DNA from: Vicinamibacterales bacterium
GTDB lineage: Bacteria > Acidobacteriota > Vicinamibacteria > Vicinamibacterales > UBA8438
Direction: 5' to 3'
Length of the DNA: 64,000 nucleotides
Assembly (NCBI GenBank): GCA_965203525.1
Contig: OZ241898.1
Location: forward strand, 1,024,176 to 1,088,175
Below, in pieces: positions 40,338-48,653 of the stretch. Below the pieces are notes generated by a model. It ran no database searches and had not been told where the DNA came from. It saw only the letters and a program-made list of their open reading frames with translations. Made by a program: the position numbers and the translations under genes. Position 1 is the first letter of the stretch, and every line of letters starts with the position of its first letter.

Positions 40338-41655
40338 CGGGATCCACCGGGTCGCCGTCGTCGAGGTTGCGGACCACCTCGAACGGGCCGGTGATCACGA
40401 GGTCTCCTTCCTCCAGCCCGCTCAGGGCTTCGAAATAGCGCTCGCCGGCGATGCCGGTCGCGACCGGCACGAACACCGCGCGTCCCTGCCGGGCGACGAA
40501 CACCCCTTCCTGCTCTTCCCGCGTGGTCTCTCCCCCGGACGGTTCCGGCGCGGAGGCGGCGGACGCGGTGCGGGAGAGCACGCCGGACCCGGCGCCGTCC
40601 GTCCGCCGCACGATCCGGCCGGCCGCGTCGAGCTCCACCTCCCGGACGGTGGTCGCCTGGATGGGCACCGCCAGCGCCGCGGTCCGCGTCGCCGTGGTGA
40701 TCTCCGCCGTGCAGGTGAAGCCGGGCCGCACGCCGGGCACGTCGCCGTCGACGGTGACCACGACCAGGAAGTTGGTCGCTTCCTGCGCGCCGGCGGCGCC
40801 CGCCTGCGGCTGGATCGGGCTGTTGCCGATCTCGGTCACGCGGCCGGTGTAGGTGCGGTCCGGCAGCGCGTCGATCGTGATCTCGACCGGCTGGCCGAGG
40901 CGGACCGCCGGGACGTCGGTCTCGTCGACCTCGATCTCCGCTTCGAGGATGGAGAAGTCCGCGATGGTCAGCAGCACCGTGCCGGGGTTGTTCATCGTGC
41001 CGATGACGACCGTCTCCCCCTCTTCGATGTTGCGCCGGGTCACGATGCCGTCGATGGGCGACGTGATGGTCACCTGGGTCAGGTCGTAGCGCGCGCCGTC
41101 GAGCGTCGCCCGCTCCTGGAGGATCCGCTGCGCGGCCGCCTCGACGTCCACCTCGCGGGCCTTGCGCTCGGTCTCGCGCAGCTCCACGTCGGCGACCGCC
41201 TGCTCGTAGACCTCGCGGGAGACGAGGCGCAGCGACCACAGGTCCGCCTGCCGCTCCAGGTTCTCGCGGGCGATCTCGAGGTTGACGCGGGCCGTCTCCA
41301 CCGCCACCTGCGCCTGTTCGCGGGCCGCCACGGCCGCCTCGAGGGACGCTTCGCCGCGGTTGACGAGCGTCCGCAGGTTCTCCGGGTCGATCTGCAGGAG
41401 GAACTGCCCGGCCGTGACCCGTTCGCCTTCGTCGACGGCCAGGCGCGTGACCCGGCCCATCGTGCTCGCGCTCATGTCGACCGACAGTTGCGGCTGGATG
41501 GTGCCGGGCGCGGAAACGATCGCCACCAGATCGCGGCGTTCGACGGCTTCGACTTCGACCTCCGCCGCGTCGGAGCGTTCGAACAGCAGGTTGACGGCCA
41601 CGAGCGCGGCGCCGGTCAGGACCAGCAGTCCGCCGACGAGAAACTTTCTCGACAT
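40315..41655 (-). CDS. Efflux periplasmic adaptor (HlyD/MacA family)
   Basis: TM anchor, lipoyl-like GRVTRLAVDEGERVTAGQFLLQID, long coiled coil, ITSPIDGIVTRRNIEEGE. The ATG at 41655 is in the frame of ORF 40315..42756. Confidence 0.85.
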   Translation of the reverse strand: MSRKFLVGGLLVLTGAALVAVNLLFERSDAAEVEVEAVERRDLVAIVSAPGTIQPQLSVDMSASTMGRVTRLAVDEGERVTAGQFLLQIDPENLRTLVNRGEASLEAAVAAREQAQVAVETARVNLEIARENLERQADLWSLRLVSREVYEQAVADVELRETERKAREVDVEAAAQRILQERATLDGARYDLTQVTITSPIDGIVTRRNIEEGETVVIGTMNNPGTVLLTIADFSILEAEIEVDETDVPAVRLGQPVEITIDALPDRTYTGRVTEIGNSPIQPQAGAAGAQEATNFLVVVTVDGDVPGVRPGFTCTAEITTATRTAALAVPIQATTVREVELDAAGRIVRRTDGAGSGVLSRTASAASAPEPSGGETTREEQEGVFVARQGRAVFVPVATGIAGERYFEALSGLEEGDLVITGPFEVVRNLDDGDPVDPDETDSDS

Positions 41656-41657
41656 GT

Positions 41658-42392
41658 TCAGAAACCGAGGTTCGTCCGCAGCACCGCGATGATCAGGACG
41701 ATGGCGGCGTGGATGCCGTACAGGGTGGTCGCTATCGGAGCCGTCCGCCGCTGCCAGAGGACGGCCAGCCCGATCGAGAGGATCATCACCCACCAGACGT
41801 GGAAGAGGTCGACGGTGCTCAGCAGCTTGTGGACGAACGTCTCGTCGTCGAGCAGCGGCGCGAACGCCGCGAGCGTGGCCGGCGAGGTGATCGATTCCCG
41901 CGCGTAGTTGATCGGCAGGCTGAAGAGCTGCGCCACGACGAAGACCGGGCCGGCGTGGACGACCACCGCGAACACCTGCGCGAAGCTCGCCTTCGCGCCG
42001 AGGAAGCCGTGGCCCGCGCCGTACAGCAGGCCGGCGACGACGGCGCAGACGATCGGGACGCCGAGCACGAACGTGCCCAGCGTGGTGTACGGCGCCGTCC
42101 GGTTCCGCTGCTCCAGTTCGGCGTACACCTCGTCGGTCACGGTGACGCCGAACGCCTCCATCGAGGCGATCTGCTGCTCGAGCAGCTCCCGTTGCGCGAA
42201 ATCCATGCCCAGGAACGCGCTGCTCAGCCCGGCGACGACGCCGACTCCGAGGGCCAGCATCCCGATCCAGCGCGGAGCGGCGACCACCCGCTCGAACGTC
42301 TCGCGCGGCGACGTGACGATCCCGAGGAACCGGGCGCCGAGACCGAGGGGTTCGACCGGCGACGCTTCGTGCGGCTCGTTCGCTGTCGGCAT
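41658..42392 (-). CDS. Yip1-domain integral membrane protein
   Basis: 244 aa with about five TM helices. The N-terminus F.GIVTSPRETF is typical of the YIP1 family. Confidence 0.6.
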   Translation of the reverse strand: MPTANEPHEASPVEPLGLGARFLGIVTSPRETFERVVAAPRWIGMLALGVGVVAGLSSAFLGMDFAQRELLEQQIASMEAFGVTVTDEVYAELEQRNRTAPYTTLGTFVLGVPIVCAVVAGLLYGAGHGFLGAKASFAQVFAVVVHAGPVFVVAQLFSLPINYARESITSPATLAAFAPLLDDETFVHKLLSTVDLFHVWWVMILSIGLAVLWQRRTAPIATTLYGIHAAIVLIIAVLRTNLGF

Positions 42393-42485
42393 GATCCTTC
42401 CATTCTATGCGCGCGGCTGCCCGCACCCGCTTGATACGTCGCGGCGGGGCCGGAAGTTCTGAAAGGCCGGGCGCGCGGTCCGCGC

Positions 42486-43333
42486 TCAGACCGCGGGCCG
42501 GGGGATGCGCAGGCGTTCGATTTCCCCCGGCTCGAACTTGGTCAGACCGCCGGCGCAGGTTCTGCCGGCGGCCGTGTCGACGTGAGCGTTCAACCAGGAT
42601 ACGAGGCGGCCGAGCACGCTGGAGGCGAGGGGGCGCCTTGGGTACAGGCCGTGCGCGACGTTGAGAAGTGCAGGTGCAGGCCGGCCAGGGCGCTGGCCTT
42701 GACGCCGAGGTCGGCGAAGCGCGCGGCGTACCACGACTTCCAGTGCCCGGCGACATCGTGATGCCGTACGTACGGCGGGTTGCCCACGAAAGCGGTCGTG
42801 CCGTCGCAGTCCGGCAGGCGGACGTCGCGATAGTCGGCGACCAGGACGGTGGCGCGGCGCGTCCAGCCGCGGGTGCTCAGATTGGCCCGCAGCATCAGCG
42901 CGGCCAGCGGGTCGATCTCGACGGCCACGAGCCGCGCGGCGGGGAACGCGGCGCCGGCGGCCAGGAGAAAACGGCCGGAACCGGCGCCCGGGTCGACGAT
43001 GCGTTCCGGCCGGCGCTGGCGGCCGAGCCACGCCGTCATCGAGCGCACGATCGGCTGCGGCGTATAGACGGCTCCGGCGGCGCGGCGGGTGCGGGCGCCA
43101 CGGATCGACGAGAAGGCATCGCCGAGCGGGTCGGCGCCGCGCGCGATCGCCCGCCGGGCGGCGTGGACCGCACCGGCCGCGATCGGGGTGTCCGGCGCCG
43201 TCTCCGCCAGCGCCGACTCGGCCGCGGACAGCTCGTCGCGCCCTCCGATCAGCGCCAGGCACAGTCCGACGAGCTCCGGTTCGGTCCGCGGGAGGCGGAT
43301 CCGAGCCGCCGGGGCCGCGGGCGTCGGGCGCAC
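42486..43333 (-). pseudogene. Decayed Eco57I/TaqI-like N6-adenine DNA methyltransferase (frameshift and large internal deletion)
   Basis: Frame A (42590..43333) has AVYTPQPIV, IVDPGAGSGRFL and GNPPYVRH. Near 42660-42690 the homologous reading jumps to frame B (42486..): ...HGLYP....L..LVSWLNA......GRTCAGGLTKFEPGEIERLRIP. Only about 280 codons remain, which looks much shorter than related methyltransferases as I recall them. Confidence 0.65.
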
Positions 43334-43348
43334 GCGGTATCATACGCC

Positions 43349-43846
43349 GTGACTCCGGCCTTCACGCATCGCATCGAGGTGCGCTTTCGCGACTGTGATG
43401 CGATGGGACACGTCAACAACGCGGTCTACTTCACCTACTTCGAGCAGGCGCGCGCCGTGCTGGCGGAGACGCTCGGTCTGCGGCGCGAGCTGGCCCGGAC
43501 CGGTCTGGGCGTCATCCTGGCCCACGCCTCCTGCGACTACAAGGCGCAGGTCGTCTTCGGCGATCAGGTCGACGTCGGCATGCGGGTGGCGGCGGTCGGC
43601 CGCACCAGCTTCACGTCCGAGTTCGAGGTGCGCCGGGTCCGGGACGACGCGGTCGTCGCGGCCGGCAGGTCCGTGCAGGCGGTGTTCGACTACGACGCCG
43701 GCCGGACCGCCCCGGTGCCGGACGGCCTGCGCGCGAAGCTCGAGGCGCAGGCGGCCGGGGCCTCCGCCGCTCCCGGCCGGTCCCCGAGTCGCGGCGCCGA
43801 AGGCGTCCCGGCCGCCGGCCCCGGCCTTCGGGACCGGTCGTCGTGA
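43349..43846 (+). CDS. Acyl-CoA thioesterase, 4HBT/YbgC-like hotdog fold
   Basis: HRIEVRFRDCDAMGHVNNAVYFTYFEQAR. Confidence 0.8.
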   Translation: MTPAFTHRIEVRFRDCDAMGHVNNAVYFTYFEQARAVLAETLGLRRELARTGLGVILAHASCDYKAQVVFGDQVDVGMRVAAVGRTSFTSEFEVRRVRDDAVVAAGRSVQAVFDYDAGRTAPVPDGLRAKLEAQAAGASAAPGRSPSRGAEGVPAAGPGLRDRSS

Positions 43847-44634
43847 AGGTCATCCTGGTTCCGGGGTTCAATCCGGGTCCCTGGACCGGGGCCGGCAACA
43901 ACACCTGGCTGCTGCCGGGCCGCGAGCCGGCCCTGATCGACGCCGCTACCGGGGAGCCGCGCCACCTCGCCGCGCTGGACGCGGCGCTCGGGGGCGCGCC
44001 GCTCGCGCGCGTGCTCGTGACCCACGCCCATCCGGACCACGCATCCGGCGCGCCGCACCTGGCGGCCCGCTGGCGCGGGGCGGCGTTCTGCAAGCTGCCC
44101 TGGCCGGCCCGCGACGGGGAATACCGGGCAGACTGGCGGCCGCTGGCGGACGGGGACGCGGTGGACGCGGGGGACGGCGCGCTGCGCGTGCTGCACACGC
44201 CGGGCCACGCGCCGGATCACGTCTGCCTCTTCGACGAGGCGGAAGGCGTCCTGTTCTGCGGCGACCTGCTGATCCGGGGCGGGACGGTGGTGGTTCCCGC
44301 CGGCCGCGGGGGCGACCTGCCGGACTACCTCGCGTCTCTGGCGCGCGTGCGCGCGTTGCGCCCGGCCCGCGCGCTGCCGGCCCACGGCCCGGAGATCGAC
44401 GACGTGGCGGCGCTGATCGATCGCTACGTCGCCCACCGCCGCCGCCGCGACGGCGAAATCCTGTCGGCGTTGCGGCGCGGCCACACGACGCGGGCGGCGA
44501 TCGTCCGGGCGGTCTATCCGGGGCTGGCGGCCGGGTTGCGCGGGGCGGCGGGAGAGACCGTGCTCGCGCACCTGCGGAAGCTGGAAGCGGAGGGCGCCGT
44601 CCGGCGGAGCGACACGGCGTGGGAGCCGGTCTGA
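43843..44634 (+). CDS. MBL-fold metallo-hydrolase
   Basis: VLVTHAHPDHASG and ...HTPGHAPDH. Confidence 0.85.
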   Translation: MKVILVPGFNPGPWTGAGNNTWLLPGREPALIDAATGEPRHLAALDAALGGAPLARVLVTHAHPDHASGAPHLAARWRGAAFCKLPWPARDGEYRADWRPLADGDAVDAGDGALRVLHTPGHAPDHVCLFDEAEGVLFCGDLLIRGGTVVVPAGRGGDLPDYLASLARVRALRPARALPAHGPEIDDVAALIDRYVAHRRRRDGEILSALRRGHTTRAAIVRAVYPGLAAGLRGAAGETVLAHLRKLEAEGAVRRSDTAWEPV

Positions 44635-44780
44635 GCGTGGCCGCCGCGGTGCGTTCGGGGGAGGTCCGCCGCGGCGGCGGGCGGCGGCGGTGCCTCTGCC
44701 AGCGCCAAGCTGAACCAACTGGCCGGCCCGGGGAGGCCCGCCGCGAGGCGGGCGGCGGCGGTGCGGCGCGGGAGCCGGTC
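44617..44780. repeat. Decayed local repeats: 36-bp block repeated at period ~72 bp and the MBL gene 3' end repeated at 148 bp
   Basis: ggggaggtccgccgcggcggcgggcggcggcggtgc (44658) versus ggggaggcccgccgcgaggcgggcggcggcggtgc (44730). ggcgtgggagccggtc (44617) versus ggcgcgggagccggtc (44765). Confidence 0.7.
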
Positions 44781-44812
44781 CGAAACGCCCTCCGCCACGG
44801 GAAGGAGGCGAC

Positions 44813-45745
44813 GTGGACGTTTCCAAGGGCTACGCCAATCCGGAGTTGCTGATCGAGCCGACGGCGCTGGCCCGCCGCCTCGGCCTCGGTCCGGCGGCGG
44901 GAAACGCGCCCGGGGCCGCGGGCCCGGCCGGGGCCGGACCGGACCGGGGAGGGCATGCGGCCGGCGCGGCGGCAGGGGCCGCGGGCGAGCGCCCGGTCCT
45001 GCTGGACTTGCGGCCTGCCGAGGCGTTCGCCGCCGGTCACGTCCCCGGCGCCGCGCATTTGGATCTGTTCGGGCTGAGCCTGATCGACACCGACCCGGCG
45101 CCGCTCGCCGCATTCCTGTGGATGATCGCGCACCTGCTGACGTCGCGCGGCGTCGACGCGGCGCGCCCCGTCGTCGTCTACGACGAGCAGTCGGGGATCC
45201 GCGCCGCCCGCGCCTTCTGGTTTCTCGAATTCTTCGGCCACCCCGACGCGCGGCTCCTCGACGGCGGCTTCCGGGCCTGGGAACGCGCGGGGCTGCCCGC
45301 GACCCGGGAGGCGCAGGCGCCGGTGCGCGGGACCTGGGAGGTGGGCGCCGACGATGCGCGCCTCGCGACCTGGCGGCAGGTCGCCGAGCGCCTGGGCCGC
45401 GCGGACGTCGCGATCCTCGACACCCGCAGCGACGGCGAGTACCGCGGCGCGCTCGTGCGCGCCCGGCGGGGCGGGGCGATCCCGGGCGCCGTCCACGTCG
45501 AGTGGACGCGCAACCTGGACGAAACCGGCGCGTTCAAGCCGGCCGCCGAGCTGCGGGCGATGTACGAGGCCGCGGGCGTCACCCCCGGCAAGGAGGTCGT
45601 CTCCTACTGCCAGGGCGGGTACCGCGCGGCGCACGGCTACGTCGCGCTACGGCTGCTCGGCTACCCGCGGGTCCGGAACTACGTCGGGTCGTGGAAGGAA
45701 TGGGGCGACCGCGAGGACCTGCCGGTGGAGACGCCCGCGGACTGA
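44813..45745 (+). CDS. Rhodanese-domain sulfurtransferase (thiosulfate/3-mercaptopyruvate type, two domains)
   Basis: Active-site loop YCQGGYRAAH; tandem rhodanese architecture. Confidence 0.85.
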   Translation: MDVSKGYANPELLIEPTALARRLGLGPAAGNAPGAAGPAGAGPDRGGHAAGAAAGAAGERPVLLDLRPAEAFAAGHVPGAAHLDLFGLSLIDTDPAPLAAFLWMIAHLLTSRGVDAARPVVVYDEQSGIRAARAFWFLEFFGHPDARLLDGGFRAWERAGLPATREAQAPVRGTWEVGADDARLATWRQVAERLGRADVAILDTRSDGEYRGALVRARRGGAIPGAVHVEWTRNLDETGAFKPAAELRAMYEAAGVTPGKEVVSYCQGGYRAAHGYVALRLLGYPRVRNYVGSWKEWGDREDLPVETPAD

Positions 45746-45827
45746 ACCGCGCCGCATCGTTCTCACGGCTCGGCGGGGGCTTCCGCGGAGTTGGTGGACC
45801 TGAAATCGGCTGGCGGAATCCTGCCGG

Positions 45828-45988
45828 ATGCCGGAAGTGGCCGGCCGGCACGCCGGCCGGATGCCGGCGGTGGCGGCGAGGGACGGCGCCGGGTTCTTGA
45901 CTCCGCATGCCGGAAGTGGCCGGCCGGCACGCCGGCCGGATGCCGGCGGTGGCGGCGGCGAGGGATGGCGCGGGGGTCTTGACTCCGC
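45828..45988. repeat. Tandem duplication, two copies of 79-82 bp
   Basis: atgccggaagtggccggccggcacgccggccggatgccggcggtggcggc(ggc)gagggaYggcgc.ggg.tcttgactccgc occurs twice back to back. Each copy ends in TTGACT. Confidence 0.9.
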
Positions 45989-46007
45989 GGGGTCGGTGCC
46001 ATAGCAT
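45979..46007 (+). promoter_or_regulatory. Candidate sigma70-type promoter for pdaD
   Basis: TTGACT, 17 nt spacer, TAGCAT, about 37 nt upstream of the GTG at 46044. The -35 box lies inside the second repeat copy. Confidence 0.35.
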
Positions 46008-46043
46008 GCCTCGCTCACGACTGCCTTCGACGCCCGGACTCCC

Positions 46044-46595
46044 GTGCTTGGATTCGTTCCCCGCGAGTTGTTCTTCACCAAGGGCGTCGGCACGCACAGG
46101 GAGAAGCTCACGTCGTTCGAGCTGGCGCTCCGCTCCGCCGGGATCGCCGCCTGCAACGTCGTGCGGGTCTCCAGCATCTTTCCGCCGGGATGCCGGATTC
46201 TCCCGCGCGACGAAGGCGTGCGGCGGTTGCGGCCGGGGCAGGTGACCTTCGTGGTCATGTCCGAGGCGGCGACGAAGGAGCCCCAGCGCCTCATCGCGGC
46301 GACGGTCGGCGTGGCCATCCCCCGCGACCCGAGCCTGTACGGCTACCTCTCGGAGCACCACAGCTTCGGCGAGGACGAGGAGACCGCCGGCGACTACGCC
46401 GAGGACCTCGCCGCGGAGATGCTGGCCACCACTCTCGGGCTGAAGTTCGATCCCGACAAGAGCTGGGACGAGAACAAGGAAGTCTGGCGTCTGTCTAACC
46501 AGATCGTTCGTACCCAGCACGTCACCCAGACCGCCGTCGGCGACCGCAACGGTCTCTGGACGACGGTGGTGGCGGCGGCCGTCATGGTCGGCTGA
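46044..46595 (+). CDS. pdaD: Pyruvoyl-dependent arginine decarboxylase
   Basis: VPRELFFTKGVGTHREKLTSFELALRSAGIAACNVVRVSSIFPP, including the self-cleavage SS site context. Confidence 0.88.
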   Translation: MLGFVPRELFFTKGVGTHREKLTSFELALRSAGIAACNVVRVSSIFPPGCRILPRDEGVRRLRPGQVTFVVMSEAATKEPQRLIAATVGVAIPRDPSLYGYLSEHHSFGEDEETAGDYAEDLAAEMLATTLGLKFDPDKSWDENKEVWRLSNQIVRTQHVTQTAVGDRNGLWTTVVAAAVMVG

Positions 46596-46738
46596 CCGTC
46601 GTTGCGCGCGGCCCGCACGCCCGGACCGGCGCCGGCGGTCCGCCGTGCCGCGTCTTCCTTGGCGAGGAGATCGCTCCGCGGCCGGCGAAGGGCCGTGCGC
46701 CCGGGACGCCGGCGACCCGCGGCGCGGTTGAAAAGGAG

Positions 46739-46767
46739 TTGACGCGGGCCCGTAGCGTGCCTATACT
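46739..46767 (+). promoter_or_regulatory. Candidate sigma70-type promoter for pilB operon
   Basis: TTGACG (46739-46744), 17 nt spacer, TATACT (46762-46767), about 50 nt upstream of the pilB GTG. Confidence 0.5.
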
Positions 46768-46817
46768 GAAGATACCCCCTGCTCACCTTCGGACTCCCGG
46801 GAAGGCGATGGTTCCCG

Positions 46818-48563
46818 GTGTCCCTCCGTCTCGGCGAGTTCCTGCTCGAGAAGCGGCGCATCACGCAGGCCCAGTTCGAAGAGGCGCTGGCGTTCCGGGA
46901 GGCCAACGGCGGCGATCTCGGCAGCGTCCTGGTCCGCCTGGGATTCCTTCCGCCCGACGAGATCGCGGAGCTGCGCGGCGCGCAGTACGGCGTGCGGTCG
47001 ATCGACCTTTCCGGCTTCGAGATCGAGCCCGGCATCATCGGGTTGATACCGGCTCACACGGCCCGCAAGCACCGCATCGTGCCCTTGCGCCGCTCGGGCG
47101 CGACGCTGACGGTCGTGATGGCCGATCCGCGCAACGTCGCCGCGCTCGACGAAGTCCGGTTCCGCACCGGTTGCGCCGTCGAACCGCTGGTGGCGTCGGA
47201 GGCCGCGGTCGCCGCCGCCCTCGCCCGCCACTACGACGCCCCTCCGGATCCATCCGCGGCGGGCGGCGGCGGACCCGCCCTCGACGTGGCGGTGCGGGAG
47301 ATCGAGAAGCTGCCGGGCAGTCCGGACGATCCGCGGTCGGCGGACGACGAGCCGGAGATCGACCTTGCCGCGGGCGGCGAGGCGCGCGGGTTGGCGCCGG
47401 TGGTGCGGCTGGTGAACGTCATCCTGGCGTCCGCCGTGCAACGGGGCGCCAGCGACGTGCACGTCGAGTCGTACGAGAAGCAGTTCCGGATCCGGTTCCG
47501 CGTCGACGGCGTGCTCCACCAGGTGATGACGCCGCCGTTGCGCATGCGCGACGCCGTCACCTCGCGTCTCAAGGTGATGGCGAAGCTCGACATCGCGGAG
47601 CGCCGTGTGCCGCAGGACGGGCGGGTGCGGATCCGCTGCCGCGACGGGAGCGCGACCAAGGCGATCGATCTGCGGGTTTCGTGCCTCCCGACCCTCTTCG
47701 GCGAGAAGATCGTCCTGCGCCTGCTGGACAAGGCCCACCTCATGCTCGACATGACGAAGCTGGGGTTCGAGGAGGAGTCGCTCCGGCGTTTCACGGCGAA
47801 CATCCGCAAGCCGTGGGGCATGGTGCTGGTGACCGGCCCGACCGGGAGCGGCAAGACCAGCACGCTCTATTCGTCGATCGCGCGGCTCAACACCCCGGAC
47901 ACCAACATCGTGACCGCCGAGGACCCGGTGGAGTTCAACCTGGACGGCGTCAACCAGGTGCAGATTCGCGAGGGGGCCGGCCTGACCTTCGCCGCCGCGC
48001 TCCGCTCGTTCCTGCGCCAGGATCCGAACGTCATCCTGGTCGGCGAGATTCGGGACGTCGAGACCGCGGAGATCGCCGTGAAGGCGGCGCTGACCGGTCA
48101 CCTGGTGCTGTCGACCCTGCACACCAACGACGCGCCGAGCGCCGTCGGCCGTCTCCTGAACATGGGGGTCGAGCCGTTCCTGATCGCCGGATCGGTCAAC
48201 CTCGTCTGCGCGCAGCGCCTCGTGCGCCGGGTGTGCCGCGCCTGCGCGGCGCCGGCCGCGGCGAGTCCGCCGGCGCTGGTCGACGTCGGCTTCAGCGAGG
48301 CCGAGGCGCGCGTCGTGACGCCTTCCGCGGGGAAGGGGTGCGACGCGTGCGGCCGGACCGGCTACAAGGGACGGGTCGGTCTCTACGAGGTGCTGGAGGT
48401 GACCGACCCGCTGCGCGAGCGGATCCTCGCCGGGGGCTCGCCCCGCGCGCTGCGGCGCGCGGCGATCGACGAGGGGATGCTCACCCTGCGCCGGAGCGGC
48501 CTGCGCAAGATCACCGCCGGCGTCACCACGATCGACGAGGTGGTACGGGAGACGATGCCATGA
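46818..48563 (+). CDS. pilB: Type IV pilus assembly ATPase PilB (GspE family)
   Basis: T2SSE_N domain (LGEFLLEKRRITQAQFEEAL..); Walker A GPTGSGKTST; Asp/His boxes; tetracysteine CRACA...CDACGRTGYKGR. Confidence 0.92.
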   Translation: MSLRLGEFLLEKRRITQAQFEEALAFREANGGDLGSVLVRLGFLPPDEIAELRGAQYGVRSIDLSGFEIEPGIIGLIPAHTARKHRIVPLRRSGATLTVVMADPRNVAALDEVRFRTGCAVEPLVASEAAVAAALARHYDAPPDPSAAGGGGPALDVAVREIEKLPGSPDDPRSADDEPEIDLAAGGEARGLAPVVRLVNVILASAVQRGASDVHVESYEKQFRIRFRVDGVLHQVMTPPLRMRDAVTSRLKVMAKLDIAERRVPQDGRVRIRCRDGSATKAIDLRVSCLPTLFGEKIVLRLLDKAHLMLDMTKLGFEEESLRRFTANIRKPWGMVLVTGPTGSGKTSTLYSSIARLNTPDTNIVTAEDPVEFNLDGVNQVQIREGAGLTFAAALRSFLRQDPNVILVGEIRDVETAEIAVKAALTGHLVLSTLHTNDAPSAVGRLLNMGVEPFLIAGSVNLVCAQRLVRRVCRACAAPAAASPPALVDVGFSEAEARVVTPSAGKGCDACGRTGYKGRVGLYEVLEVTDPLRERILAGGSPRALRRAAIDEGMLTLRRSGLRKITAGVTTIDEVVRETMP

Positions 48564-48653
48564 CCGCGCCGTCGATCCTCTCGGTGCTTACATGCTTGCG
48601 CCTCTACCGAGCAGGCGTACGGGAGACGATGCCATGACCGCGCCGTCGATCCT
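48543..48653. repeat. 37-42 bp duplication (period 74) of the pilB-stop/pilT-start junction
   Basis: gtacgggagacgatgccatgaccgcgccgtcgatcct occurs at 48543 and again at 48617. The intervening ~30 nt are unrelated. Confidence 0.9.

Noticed and set aside
43946-45634. 562-aa minus-strand ORF, and the 485-aa plus-strand ORF 43395..44852
   Set aside because: They overlap the thioesterase, MBL hydrolase and rhodanese genes and have R/P/G-rich nonsense translations.
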